Positions 28,980 through 39,241 of a DNA stretch of 64,000 bases are shown one piece after another. A model generated the notes under the pieces. It searched no databases, was not told the origin of the DNA, and saw only the letters and a list, made by a program, of their open reading frames with translations. Positions within the stretch are counted from its first letter, which is position 1, and each line of letters opens with the position of its first letter. Made by a program: the position numbers and the translations under genes. Source of the DNA: an uncultured Pelagibacteraceae bacterium (lineage in GTDB: Bacteria > Pseudomonadota > Alphaproteobacteria > Pelagibacterales > Pelagibacteraceae); contig CACJFS010000005.1 of assembly GCA_902592715.1 (NCBI GenBank), positions 10,489-74,488 on the forward strand, given 5' to 3'.

Positions 28980-29975
28980 TTAGGTTTTTAACTTTTCATC
29001 TATTTCATTATTTTCTAGTTTATACTCAAATTCTCTTAATCTTTTGTAAACGCTAGCTAATTCAATTATTGTTGGCCATGCTTTTAAGATATACTGCATT
29101 GATCCTTCTACACGTCCAAATGCTCTTATAATTTGCTGCATTACCCCAAGTGTAACTGCTCCTGCAACAATAGCAGGCGCAAGAAAAACATATGCAGATA
29201 ATACATTTGCTTGTAGATAAGCTATTCTACCAATATTAAAGTAAAGATATCTAATATAACTAAGAAAATGAATCCCTCTTACATCGTCAAATAACTCTTC
29301 AATAGACTTTGGTCTTACAGTTCCATCATCTTCAGCAATAACCAATATTTTTCTGTATGCAGCCTCCTTTTTTTGAAGGTCATATTCGACACCAACTAAT
29401 CTTAAAATTAATCCTAAAATGATTAAAAAAATTGTTCCACCAACAGACCAGATTAGAGCACCCACAATCAATCCATACTCCCAATCTCCAAAAAAGAATA
29501 TTGGTATACCAATACTTAAACCAAATAAAATTGGCATAAACTCTATTAATATCATAATTGCTTCTATTAAACTGGTTCCGAGCGATTCCATTATACGAGA
29601 AAACTTAATAGTGTCTTCTTGTACTCTTTGTGAGGCTCCCTCTATCTTGCGAGCTTTTTCATAAACACTATGATAGTATTCTACCATTGCCGTTCTCCAT
29701 CTAAATAAATAATGAGATGTAAAGTAACTAACAATAACTGCTACACCCACATACATAGCAGCTAAAACAATAAAAGAAAATAAACTTGCCCAATACTCAT
29801 CAATAGTAATGGCATTTGGTTTTCCAAGAGCTTTTTGTATCATGTCATAAAATTCTCCAAACCACTCATTAATTTTAACATCTATTTTTACTTGTACCCA
29901 AAGCGAAGATAAGATGATCAATGATCCGATCCATGACCATAAATACCATTTTTTTATTGTAAAAAATCTAAACAT
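28980..29975 (-). CDS. SbmA/BacA-like peptide transporter
   Basis: FRWRTAM, IEGASQRVQEDT, Q..EAAYRK, KRLREFE. Confidence 0.9.
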   Translation of the reverse strand: MFRFFTIKKWYLWSWIGSLIILSSLWVQVKIDVKINEWFGEFYDMIQKALGKPNAITIDEYWASLFSFIVLAAMYVGVAVIVSYFTSHYLFRWRTAMVEYYHSVYEKARKIEGASQRVQEDTIKFSRIMESLGTSLIEAIMILIEFMPILFGLSIGIPIFFFGDWEYGLIVGALIWSVGGTIFLIILGLILRLVGVEYDLQKKEAAYRKILVIAEDDGTVRPKSIEELFDDVRGIHFLSYIRYLYFNIGRIAYLQANVLSAYVFLAPAIVAGAVTLGVMQQIIRAFGRVEGSMQYILKAWPTIIELASVYKRLREFEYKLENNEIDEKLKT

Positions 29976-30256
29976 TATTTTATAAAGTTATCAGCATAAG
30001 ATTTTTTCACTATTTTTCTATTTTGTGGCTCTATTAACTCGTAGTTAATATTATTTTTTTTTGCATATTCTATAGCCAAATCTCTAGATTTAAATTCTAA
30101 ATTTAATTCAGAATAAGTATCTGAAGAACTTTCCCATCCCATAAGAGGATTTCTGCCAGGATCTTCTGTTATAAATTCTATGATCCATTTATCAAATTTC
30201 TTCGAACCAGATTGCATAGCTGTTTTAGATGGTTTGTATATTTTAGCTTTTTTCAT
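29975..30256 (-). CDS. ETC complex I subunit (NDUFS4-like)
   Basis: IYKP.KTAMQSG, NPLMGW.SS.D, SYADNF. Confidence 0.92.
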   Translation of the reverse strand: MKKAKIYKPSKTAMQSGSKKFDKWIIEFITEDPGRNPLMGWESSSDTYSELNLEFKSRDLAIEYAKKNNINYELIEPQNRKIVKKSYADNFIK

Positions 30257-30262
30257 AAATAA

Positions 30263-30339
<77 letters not shown>

Positions 30340-30434
30340 ATTGCAGTACTAATACAGCAGATAAAACAAAATTCAAAGGTTATATTAGTTACAAATTTAT
30401 AATAAATTTGATATTTAATGCTATAAGAGATCAT

Positions 30435-30950
30435 ATGATCATAGAATGTCCCAATTGTAATAAAAAATTCAATCTTGAAGAAAAATTAATACCTGAAAAT
30501 GGGAGAACTCTTAAATGTAGTGCCTGCAACCATATTTGGCATTATAAAATTAACCTAGACACGAATACTAGTGACCAAAAAATATCTGAAGATAAAAACA
30601 TTAAATTAAACATTAATATTTCTAGAAACGACAAAAAAGACAGTGAAATAAATGAAATTAACGATAAGGATATTTCGGAAAAAAGTGATGATGTTTATTC
30701 TGAGACCAAGACTAAAGATAAAGAAGTTAAAACAAAAGATGAAATATCAAGTGATGAAAAAACAATTAAACCAAAGATGATATTTATATATTTTATTATT
30801 ATGATAATATCTTTATTGGGCTTAATATTTTTATTAGACACATTTAAGTATAATTTAACAAATGTATTTCCAGGTATAATTCCTATTTTTGATAGCATTT
30901 ATGAAACTCTATTAGATTTAAAACTTTTCTTCAAAGATCTTGTTAACTAA
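30435..30950 (+). CDS. Zinc-ribbon (MJ0042-type finger) membrane-anchored protein
   Basis: CPNC...CSAC.H.W, charged linker, C-terminal TM; the track start at 30312 is inside tRNA-Pro, so moved to ATG 30435. Confidence 0.82.
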   Translation: MIIECPNCNKKFNLEEKLIPENGRTLKCSACNHIWHYKINLDTNTSDQKISEDKNIKLNINISRNDKKDSEINEINDKDISEKSDDVYSETKTKDKEVKTKDEISSDEKTIKPKMIFIYFIIMIISLLGLIFLLDTFKYNLTNVFPGIIPIFDSIYETLLDLKLFFKDLVN

Positions 30951-30952
30951 AT

Positions 30953-32125
30953 ATGATTCAAAAAATTACAAAAGGGTTTACATCATTTTTTAAACTTGAA
31001 GCTGCAAGTGGAATAGTGCTTCTCTTTGCAGCTGTAATAGCATTGATTATAAGTAATTCTGAATTGTCTAATCTATATTTTTCAACATTAGAGAGATATT
31101 TATTTATTGGAATAAATAATTTTGGACTTAAGCTTTCTGTTTTGCATTGGATAAATGATGCTTTAATGGCAATCTTTTTCTTTTTTGTAACACTTGAAAT
31201 TAAAAGAGAATTTTTACAAGGAGAGTTATCTAATATTAAACAAGCTTTGCTTCCTATAATAGCTGCTGTTGGTGGAATGATTGTTCCTGCACTTTTTTAT
31301 GTTTTTATAAACTTAGGAGATCCAGAAACATTAAAAGGTTGGGCAATACCATCAGCAACAGATATAGCCTTTTCTTTAGGTGTATTATCATTATTAGGTA
31401 AGAGAGTACCCCTCTCATTAAAAGTATTTTTAACAGCTTTAGCAATTATAGATGATTTAGGAGCAATAGTTATAATTGCTTTATTTTATTCTGGTGATTT
31501 AAGTATTAAATATTTATCTCTGATGTTGTTAGCATTTATTATTTTATTAGTTATGAATAAATTTAATATAAAAAAAATTCTACCTTATTTGATAGTAGGG
31601 ATTTTCTTATGGGATTTTACTCATAACTCAGGAATTCATGCAACTATCGCTGGTGTATTGCTAGCAATGACAATCCCGCATAGAAAAAAAGATAAAGATT
31701 TCTCACTTTTAATTAAAGTAGAACATGCAATAAGTCCTTATGTAGCTTTTGGAATAATGCCTATTTTTGCTTTTGCAAATGCAGGTGTATCTTTAGAAGG
31801 TTTATCTTTTTCATCACTATTAGATAAAGTTCCATTAGGAATAGTTTTAGGTTTATTTGTTGGAAAACAATTAGGCGTTTTTGTTTTTTCATTCATATCA
31901 ATTAAATTAAATATTGCCCAAATGCCAAGTAATACAAGCTGGTATAATTTTTATGGTGTAGGCGTTTTAACTGGAATAGGTTTTACAATGAGTTTGTTTG
32001 TTGGAAATTTAGCATTTGCTGAAAGTATGCAGTATATGGATGGTGTAAAAATTGGGGTTTTAACTGGGTCATTATTATCCACTTTATTTGGGTACTTTTT
32101 AATACTACTTACACCAAATAAATAA
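30953..32125 (+). CDS. nhaA: Na+/H+ antiporter NhaA
   Basis: WINDALM, ATDIAF, LAIIDD, GK, GIGFTMS. Confidence 0.97.
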   Translation: MIQKITKGFTSFFKLEAASGIVLLFAAVIALIISNSELSNLYFSTLERYLFIGINNFGLKLSVLHWINDALMAIFFFFVTLEIKREFLQGELSNIKQALLPIIAAVGGMIVPALFYVFINLGDPETLKGWAIPSATDIAFSLGVLSLLGKRVPLSLKVFLTALAIIDDLGAIVIIALFYSGDLSIKYLSLMLLAFIILLVMNKFNIKKILPYLIVGIFLWDFTHNSGIHATIAGVLLAMTIPHRKKDKDFSLLIKVEHAISPYVAFGIMPIFAFANAGVSLEGLSFSSLLDKVPLGIVLGLFVGKQLGVFVFSFISIKLNIAQMPSNTSWYNFYGVGVLTGIGFTMSLFVGNLAFAESMQYMDGVKIGVLTGSLLSTLFGYFLILLTPNK

Positions 32126-32133
32126 TTAAAATA

Positions 32134-32682
32134 ATGAAAAACCTACTAATATTTGGCATTACAATAATAATGATTTTTTTTAAAAGTTCATCACATGCGA
32201 ATTATGAAAAAATCTTTTATGACTTTAAAATAAATAGTATTTCAGGTGATATAATAAACTTAAATGACTTTAAAGGTAAGCCAGTTTTAGTAGTGAATAC
32301 TGCTAGTTATTGTGGATTTACAAAACAATATGATGATATGCAAGAGTTGTGGGAAAGATATAAAGATAAGGGATTGATTGTACTTGGAATACCTTCAAAC
32401 TCTTTTAATCAGGAAAAAAAAGATAATTCTGATGTTAAAGAATTTTGTGAAGTAAATTTTAATATTAACTTTCCTCTTACTGAAATAACTGATGTAAAAG
32501 GCGATAAAGCTCATGAAATATATAAATGGGCCAAAGAGAATTTTGGAAAATCTGCCGTTCCTAAATGGAATTTCTACAAAATATTAATAAACAAAGAAGG
32601 TAAAATTGAAGATACTTATGCATCTTTAACAAATCCAACATCCAAAAAAATTATAAACAAAGTAGAAAGTTTGTTAAATTGA
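32134..32682 (+). CDS. Glutathione peroxidase family (Cys type) with signal peptide
   Basis: NTASYCGFT.QY, P.N.F.QE, KWNFYK. Confidence 0.92.
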   Translation: MKNLLIFGITIIMIFFKSSSHANYEKIFYDFKINSISGDIINLNDFKGKPVLVVNTASYCGFTKQYDDMQELWERYKDKGLIVLGIPSNSFNQEKKDNSDVKEFCEVNFNINFPLTEITDVKGDKAHEIYKWAKENFGKSAVPKWNFYKILINKEGKIEDTYASLTNPTSKKIINKVESLLN

Positions 32683-33447
32683 AATAGTTAACCCGTCATG
32701 TGCAGGAATTACATTTTTAGGTAACTGTTTTTTAATTTTATTATAATCAATTTCGTTACTCAGATTTGTAAGAATTGATTTCTTAGGTTTAATTTTTCTA
32801 ATTAGCTTAAGTACATCATCTAAATTAAAATGAGTTGGATGAAAATTATATCTTAAACAATCTATAATAAGATATTTTAAATTTTTTAAATATTTTAGAT
32901 TTTTATTATCTATTTTATTAACATCAGGTGCGTATGCACATTTATTATTTATAATATAACAAATACTTTTGATTGAACCATGATGAACCTTTAATGATTT
33001 AACAACAATTTTTTTATTAATATCATTTATAATATGAGTATTTTTTAAGGTTTTCGCATCAAGTATGGATGGATAATTTTTATTATCTTTAAAACAATAA
33101 GCAAAAGTGTTTTTAAGAATCTTTTTTGTAATTAAGTCAGCATAAATTGGTATTTTCTTTCTATTCTTTAATGAGAAAACTCTTAATTCATTAATTCCAT
33201 GCGTTTGATCAGCATGAGCATGCGTATAAAAAACTTTATCAATATTTTTAATTTTATTTAAAAGTAATTGAGATTTAAGATCTGGAGATGTATCAATAAG
33301 AATATTCAAATTTTTTGATCTTATCAATGCTGAACATCTTGAACGTATATTTTTTTTATTCTTGGGATCACAATTTCCATAATAACCGTCAATTCTAGGT
33401 ATACCTAAAGAACTGCCACAACCTAAAATAGTAAATTTTAAGCTCAT
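32674..33447 (-). CDS. MBL-fold phosphodiesterase (PhnP-like)
   Basis: LGCGSS.G.P, THAHADQ..G, H, D; follows tatD. Confidence 0.88.
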   Translation of the reverse strand: MSLKFTILGCGSSLGIPRIDGYYGNCDPKNKKNIRSRCSALIRSKNLNILIDTSPDLKSQLLLNKIKNIDKVFYTHAHADQTHGINELRVFSLKNRKKIPIYADLITKKILKNTFAYCFKDNKNYPSILDAKTLKNTHIINDINKKIVVKSLKVHHGSIKSICYIINNKCAYAPDVNKIDNKNLKYLKNLKYLIIDCLRYNFHPTHFNLDDVLKLIRKIKPKKSILTNLSNEIDYNKIKKQLPKNVIPAHDGLTISI

Positions 33448-34205
33448 GCGTTAAAAAATAATCTATTAAAATTGTCTGTAGTTATTTTATCAAGTTCTTG
33501 AGAGTTAATATTTTTCAAATCTGATAGTTTTTTTAAGGTATAACGAACAAAAGATGGTTCATTTTTCTTACCTCTCATTGGTTCAGGTGCTAAAAAGGGG
33601 CTGTCTGTTTCAATTAGCAATCTTTCTAAAGGTAACTGTTTAAAAGTATTTTGAAGATCATTGCTGTTTTTAAAAGTAATAATACCACTGGCTGAAAAAT
33701 AAGAATTAAGCTCCATTAATTTTAAAGCAAATGGCAGAGAACCCGTGAAACAATGCATTAGTATTTTTAAATTATTGTCTGAATTTTTTAATATTTCATA
33801 AGTTTCATCTTCAGCATTTCTTGAATGAACAATTAGAGGAAGGTCTAATTCTAAAGCAGCATTAATATGATTTTTAAAACTTGTTATTTGATTATCTTTA
33901 TCACTATTGTTGTAATAAAAGTCTAAACCTGTCTCCCCTACTCCGATAATTTTATTATTTGATTTGATTTTACTTATTATTTCATCTTTAGAAATTTGAT
34001 CAGTGTTTGTTTCGTGAGGATGTATACCAAAAGTGCCATATATCATTTCATCCTTATTAACTATTTCCAAAATTTTCGGGAAACCGCCTAATGTTGTGGA
34101 AATTGTTAATACTTTGTTAACTCCTTCTTTTTTGCATCTTGATAAAACATCGTGAATATTTTGAGCTAAAGGTTCATGATCTAGGTGGCAATGTGAATCA
34201 ATCAT
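33444..34205 (-). CDS. tatD: TatD family DNase
   Basis: DSHCH, GIHPH, GETGLD, HSR, HCF, ETDSPF. Confidence 0.93.
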   Translation of the reverse strand: MIDSHCHLDHEPLAQNIHDVLSRCKKEGVNKVLTISTTLGGFPKILEIVNKDEMIYGTFGIHPHETNTDQISKDEIISKIKSNNKIIGVGETGLDFYYNNSDKDNQITSFKNHINAALELDLPLIVHSRNAEDETYEILKNSDNNLKILMHCFTGSLPFALKLMELNSYFSASGIITFKNSNDLQNTFKQLPLERLLIETDSPFLAPEPMRGKKNEPSFVRYTLKKLSDLKNINSQELDKITTDNFNRLFFNA

Positions 34206-35736
34206 TTTTTTCAATCTTTTTAAACAAAATATCTAATTTATTCAATTTGAGACCTTTTTTTAAATAATTATTTTCTTTAATAGTTTCAAAATTAATATTT
34301 TCCTCACTTATACCAAATATTCCTAAAACTTTTAGTGATGATGATGGTATAATAGGATAAAGCAATATGGTTACTTTTCTTATTAGTTCCAATGCAACAT
34401 AAATAATTGTATTCATCCTTAATTTATCATTCTTTTTTTTCCAAGGTTCTTGATCATTAAAATACTTATTTGCTGAAAACAGTTGCTCAACAATAAAATT
34501 TATATAAGAATTAACATCTTGATTATTTGAATACTTTACTAAATCATCATAATATTTAGAGTATTGATCTAAAATAACCTTATCAGCTTCTGTTAGATTA
34601 TCTATATCAGGAACCTCTAAGTTAGCGTTCTTATCACAAAATGCTAAAACTCTTTGACACAAATTTCCATAATTATTAGCTAAATCACTATTGATACAAG
34701 ACTCTAATTTTTCTTGTGAGATATTTCCATCATTACCAAATGAAACTTCTTTAATTAAATAATATCTTAAAGGGTCTAGACCATAATTATCTATAATCTC
34801 AAGTGGGTCTAAAATGTTACCTTTGGATTTAGACATTTTTTCATCACCAGAAAGTATCCATCCGTGGCCAAATACTCTTTTTGGAGGTTCTATATTTGCA
34901 GCTAATAAGAAAGCCGGCCAATAAATAGCATGAAATCTTAATATATCTTTTCCAATTAGATGTAAATCTGCAGGCCAAAAAGATTTGTACAAATCATCAC
35001 TTTCATTTGGATAATTTAAAGCACTAAGATAATTTGTTAAAGCATCCAACCAAACATAAATAACATGGTCTTTATTAGATGGAACTTTTATACCCCAATT
35101 AAAAGATTTTCTACTTACAGATAAATCTTTTAATCCTGATTTAACAAAACTGATAACTTCATTTTTTCTCGTTTCAGGTAGTATAAAATCTGGATTTTTA
35201 TTATAAAACTCTATCAATTTATCTTGCCAATTTGATAATTTAAAAAAATACGATTCTTCTTCTAACCACTCTACTTTTGAACCTGAACTAATTGATTTTT
35301 TTATACCGTTTAAATCTTCAATTTCACTTTCTGTATAAAATGCTTCATCTGATACTGAATACCATCCAGAGTATTTGGATAAGTAGATTTCACCTTTTTT
35401 TTCTAAAATATTCCAAAGATTTTCAACAGATTTAGCATGTCTTTTTTCAGTTGTTCTTATGAAATCATTATTAGATAAATTTAATGTGTCGGATAAATCT
35501 TTAAAAGTTTTGCTAATTTCATTACAAAATAATAAAGGATCCATTTTTTTTTCTTCTGCAGCTCGTTGTATTTTTTGTCCATGCTCATCAGTGCCTGTTA
35601 AAAAATAAACATTAAAACCCTGTATTCTTTTTAATCTTGCAAAAAAATCAGCAATAATACTTGAATAAGCATGACCCATATGCGGTTTTGCAGATGGATA
35701 ATAAATTGGTGTTGTAATGTAGTAATTTTTATTCAC
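34198..35736 (-). CDS. metG: Methionine-tRNA ligase
   Basis: HMGH, GTDEHG, YVWLDAL, KMSKS. Confidence 0.97.
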   Translation of the reverse strand: MNKNYYITTPIYYPSAKPHMGHAYSSIIADFFARLKRIQGFNVYFLTGTDEHGQKIQRAAEEKKMDPLLFCNEISKTFKDLSDTLNLSNNDFIRTTEKRHAKSVENLWNILEKKGEIYLSKYSGWYSVSDEAFYTESEIEDLNGIKKSISSGSKVEWLEEESYFFKLSNWQDKLIEFYNKNPDFILPETRKNEVISFVKSGLKDLSVSRKSFNWGIKVPSNKDHVIYVWLDALTNYLSALNYPNESDDLYKSFWPADLHLIGKDILRFHAIYWPAFLLAANIEPPKRVFGHGWILSGDEKMSKSKGNILDPLEIIDNYGLDPLRYYLIKEVSFGNDGNISQEKLESCINSDLANNYGNLCQRVLAFCDKNANLEVPDIDNLTEADKVILDQYSKYYDDLVKYSNNQDVNSYINFIVEQLFSANKYFNDQEPWKKKNDKLRMNTIIYVALELIRKVTILLYPIIPSSSLKVLGIFGISEENINFETIKENNYLKKGLKLNKLDILFKKIEKND

Positions 35737-36649
35737 TTAATAATTTATCGTTAAATTCTAGAAAAAAAGATTCAAAATCTAAGTTATATTTATTAACAAA
35801 AGAAAGTTTAAGGTAAAAATATTTTTTTATTTTAAATGAAATTTTCTTAGAGATATTTATATTTTTATAGAAAAAAAGTTCAATAAATAAATTCAAATAT
35901 TCTTTAATAAAATCGTTTGACATGTATGATTTATTTTTGATTATATAGGCCAATAGATCCTCTATAGAGTTGTCTTTAATTGATAAATCATTACGTTCTA
36001 AAAAGTTCACTAATGATATTAAAAAGGATGGAGAGTTGTAATTGTTTATAAAATCTAAATTTATATCTTTATATATATTAGCTTCAAAGTGGTAATTCAC
36101 AATCTCCATTACTTCTGAATTTAGTAAATTTAATTTAAATTCTAAACATCTTGATTTAATAGTTTCCAAAACTTTAAATTCTGAGTTATTGATTAAAATA
36201 AAGTGTATTTTGTTATTAGGTTCTTCAATTGATTTTAATAACGCATTAGCAGAATTAATTCCTAATAGATTAACATTTTCAATAATTATAAACCTTCTAT
36301 CATTATTAAAAGAGGTTTGATTGGTGAATTTAATCATTTCTCTAATTTGATCTATATCAATTATTTTTTTATCATTTCTTCGATAAATTTTGAAAATATT
36401 GGGATGAGAGTTCGAAGATATAAGTTTAGATATATTATTACTCAAATTATATTCATAATTTTTTAAATTATAAGATTGTTTGTTCTCTTTTAAATAAAAA
36501 TAATTTAAAAAATGATTTACAAATAATTTTTTACCAATACCTCTCGGACCATTTAATAAAATTTTATTAGGAAATTTTTGTACCTGATCAAGGTAAATAA
36601 AGTTATTAAAAAGAGGCTTATGACCAATCATTTTACTTATCTCACTCAT
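35729..36649 (-). CDS. holB: DNA polymerase III delta' subunit
   Basis: GPRGIGK, IDQIR, NALLKSIEEP, TIKSRC; tmk-holB-metG synteny. Confidence 0.9.
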   Translation of the reverse strand: MSEISKMIGHKPLFNNFIYLDQVQKFPNKILLNGPRGIGKKLFVNHFLNYFYLKENKQSYNLKNYEYNLSNNISKLISSNSHPNIFKIYRRNDKKIIDIDQIREMIKFTNQTSFNNDRRFIIIENVNLLGINSANALLKSIEEPNNKIHFILINNSEFKVLETIKSRCLEFKLNLLNSEVMEIVNYHFEANIYKDINLDFINNYNSPSFLISLVNFLERNDLSIKDNSIEDLLAYIIKNKSYMSNDFIKEYLNLFIELFFYKNINISKKISFKIKKYFYLKLSFVNKYNLDFESFFLEFNDKLLSE

Positions 36650-37270
36650 TTACTTTATAATTTTATCAATTTTGTTAATTAATTTATTTTCAATTATTTT
36701 TAAATTATCTTTATTGGTATCTAAAATTAAGTATTTAGATTTGTTTTTATTTGCAATTTTTAAAAAACCTTTTTGAACTTTATTATAAAAATTATAATCA
36801 AAATTATCGTATTTATTTTTATTTTTTCTAAACTTTAATCTATTGAGCATATTTTTTTTATTTACAATACTTAAGAAAGTAAAGTTTGGTCTTATATTAC
36901 CTAATAAAAAGCTATTCATTTTTAAAATTAAATCTTTATCTATTTTCATTCCATAATGTTGATAGGCTAATGTCGAGTCAATAAATCTATCAATTAATAT
37001 AACTTTTTTTTTGTAATTTTTTTTTAGAATTTTTTCTATATTTTCTGATCTAGAAGCCATTAGTAAAAATAAATCTGTTTTATTACTTAAAGCTGATTTT
37101 TTATTTAGCATTAAAGATCTTAATTTCTCAGATAGATTTGTGCCACCTGGTTCTCTAAAGGATACATACTTGATCTTGTTTGTTTTTAAATATTTAATTA
37201 TTTTTTTTAAGCTAGTGGATTTTCCAGAAGCTTCTATACCTTCAAATACTAAGATGGGATATTTAGACAT
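36650..37270 (-). CDS. tmk: Thymidylate kinase
   Basis: FEGIEASGKST, REPGG, DRF.DST.AYQ. Confidence 0.95.
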   Translation of the reverse strand: MSKYPILVFEGIEASGKSTSLKKIIKYLKTNKIKYVSFREPGGTNLSEKLRSLMLNKKSALSNKTDLFLLMASRSENIEKILKKNYKKKVILIDRFIDSTLAYQHYGMKIDKDLILKMNSFLLGNIRPNFTFLSIVNKKNMLNRLKFRKNKNKYDNFDYNFYNKVQKGFLKIANKNKSKYLILDTNKDNLKIIENKLINKIDKIIK

Positions 37271-38417
37271 CACCCCAGATTAGGAAATTTATAGAAGAAA
37301 TAAACCTAGAGAAAATATTTTGTCTTTTTACATCTTCAAAAGCTAATAGATCGTATTCACCTATTTGTTCATCTTTATATAATATTTTAACTTTGCCTAT
37401 TATGTCATTTTTCAATATTGGTGCTTTCAAAGGACCTTGATAATTGACTGATACTTTTAGATATTTTTTTTTAGCTTTAGGAATTGTTTGATAAACATCT
37501 TCATTTATATATGATCTAATAGTTTTTTGTGTTCCTTGCCAAACATCTAATTCATCAAATATTTCATCTTTTTTTGCAATATTGATTGTGTCAAAATTTG
37601 TTAAACCATATGTTAGTAATTTAAGTGACTGTTTTGATCTTTCATTTTTTGAAACAAAACCACTTCCAACTGCAATTATTCTCCTATCATTTCTTTTAAT
37701 TGTTGAAGCAAGTGAATATTTTTCATACGCAAGATATCCAGTCTTTATTCCATCAACTCCTATATTTTTATAAAGCAATGGGTTTCTATTGCCTTGTTTA
37801 ATTGGGTCTCCACCTGTTCTATCCCAAGTAAATTCAGTTTCTTTGTAATATTCATAATAATTCGGGTAATTTTTTATCAAATAATTAGACATAATTAATA
37901 TATCTCTAACTGTTGATAAATTATCTGGAGCATTTATTCCTGATGAATTTGAAAAGTTAGTATTTTCCATACCAATTTCTTTTGCCTTTTCAGTCATCAT
38001 AATTGCAAACTCTTCTTCTGTGCCAGCAATACCTTCAGCAAGTGCAATACAAGCATCATTGCCTGATGAAACAATAATACCTCTTAATAAATTTTCTACG
38101 GTTATTTCATCTCCAACCATAATAAACATCGATGAATATCCTGCTTGTGACAATCTCCATGCATTTTCTGATATTAAAAATTTTTCATCTAATGATAACT
38201 CACCACTTTTAAGTAAATCAAAAGCTATAATCGAAGTCATAATTTTTGTCATAGACGCAGGAAAAATTTGTCGGTCGGCATCCTTTTCATACAATATTTT
38301 TCCAGATAAATAATCTTGCACAATAGCAGTTCTCGCATTTACATCGAAATTAGCAAAAACTGGTTTTATTAAAAAAGATAAAAATATTAAAATCAATGAT
38401 AAATTTTTTATTCTCAT
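37263..38417 (-). CDS. dacA: D-alanyl-D-alanine carboxypeptidase
   Basis: SMTK (SxxK), SGN (SxN), KTG. Confidence 0.93.
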   Translation of the reverse strand: MRIKNLSLILIFLSFLIKPVFANFDVNARTAIVQDYLSGKILYEKDADRQIFPASMTKIMTSIIAFDLLKSGELSLDEKFLISENAWRLSQAGYSSMFIMVGDEITVENLLRGIIVSSGNDACIALAEGIAGTEEEFAIMMTEKAKEIGMENTNFSNSSGINAPDNLSTVRDILIMSNYLIKNYPNYYEYYKETEFTWDRTGGDPIKQGNRNPLLYKNIGVDGIKTGYLAYEKYSLASTIKRNDRRIIAVGSGFVSKNERSKQSLKLLTYGLTNFDTINIAKKDEIFDELDVWQGTQKTIRSYINEDVYQTIPKAKKKYLKVSVNYQGPLKAPILKNDIIGKVKILYKDEQIGEYDLLAFEDVKRQNIFSRFISSINFLIWGDV

Positions 38418-39241
38418 AGTTTAATTATTTCAATGCTATCAAAATCAAGATTTTCGATATTATGAAATCCTTTCTTTAATTTCTCAAAATCTTTATAAGG
38501 TCCTTTATAAACTCTAAAATTATTTTGTGACAACTTTTTGATTAAGATATTCTCAATATTATGCTCATCAAATAACCTATTTTTTAACATAATAGCAGAA
38601 TCTTCAAAATAAAAATCTGCAAATTTAATTATATAATTAAAATTTGTTACAAAATTATTAGTCTTAGATTCTTTAATTTCAGTTTCTAAACTTATGCTCT
38701 GGACCATTATATCGTCAACAGGAGCTTTATTAGCAACTTCTTTTTCTTCATCAAATGTTTTTACATCGTTTGCAACATATAAATTGTTAGAATTGATAGT
38801 TTCAATATACACATAAGGCTCATTAGGATTTATTGATAGTTCACTAGCAATTCTCTTTGTTATTACTGAATTATAAAAGGCAGGCAAAACAGTTTTGTTT
38901 TTAACAATAGTCATTAAAGATTTTCCGTTAATTATATTTGTTATTCTAACTGGTGTACCATTAGGTAGATTAGGACTTAATATATTCAGTGACGTATTAT
39001 CTAATTTGCTTTCCAGTGAGTTATCTACATCTTCATTATATATCAATGCAAAACCTTTATTAGAATAAATAATATTAATTATTTCTTTTTTTTTATTTTT
39101 ATCTGATGAGACTTTAATTTTATCTTTTTGGACAACAGCTTTTTTATCTTCAGGTTTATTTTTAATATTTATGTTTTTTGAATGATGCTCGCAGGCAAAT
39201 AAAGTTAAAAATAAAAGATATAAAATATATTTAAATTGCAT
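38414..39241 (-). CDS. RlpA-like lipoprotein (degenerate DPBB domain plus SPOR-like domain)
   Basis: Lipobox LFAC; LP.GT.VRITN..NGKS; C-terminal FRV..GPY; position between mltB and dacA. Confidence 0.6.
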   Translation of the reverse strand: MQFKYILYLLFLTLFACEHHSKNINIKNKPEDKKAVVQKDKIKVSSDKNKKKEIINIIYSNKGFALIYNEDVDNSLESKLDNTSLNILSPNLPNGTPVRITNIINGKSLMTIVKNKTVLPAFYNSVITKRIASELSINPNEPYVYIETINSNNLYVANDVKTFDEEKEVANKAPVDDIMVQSISLETEIKESKTNNFVTNFNYIIKFADFYFEDSAIMLKNRLFDEHNIENILIKKLSQNNFRVYKGPYKDFEKLKKGFHNIENLDFDSIEIIKL

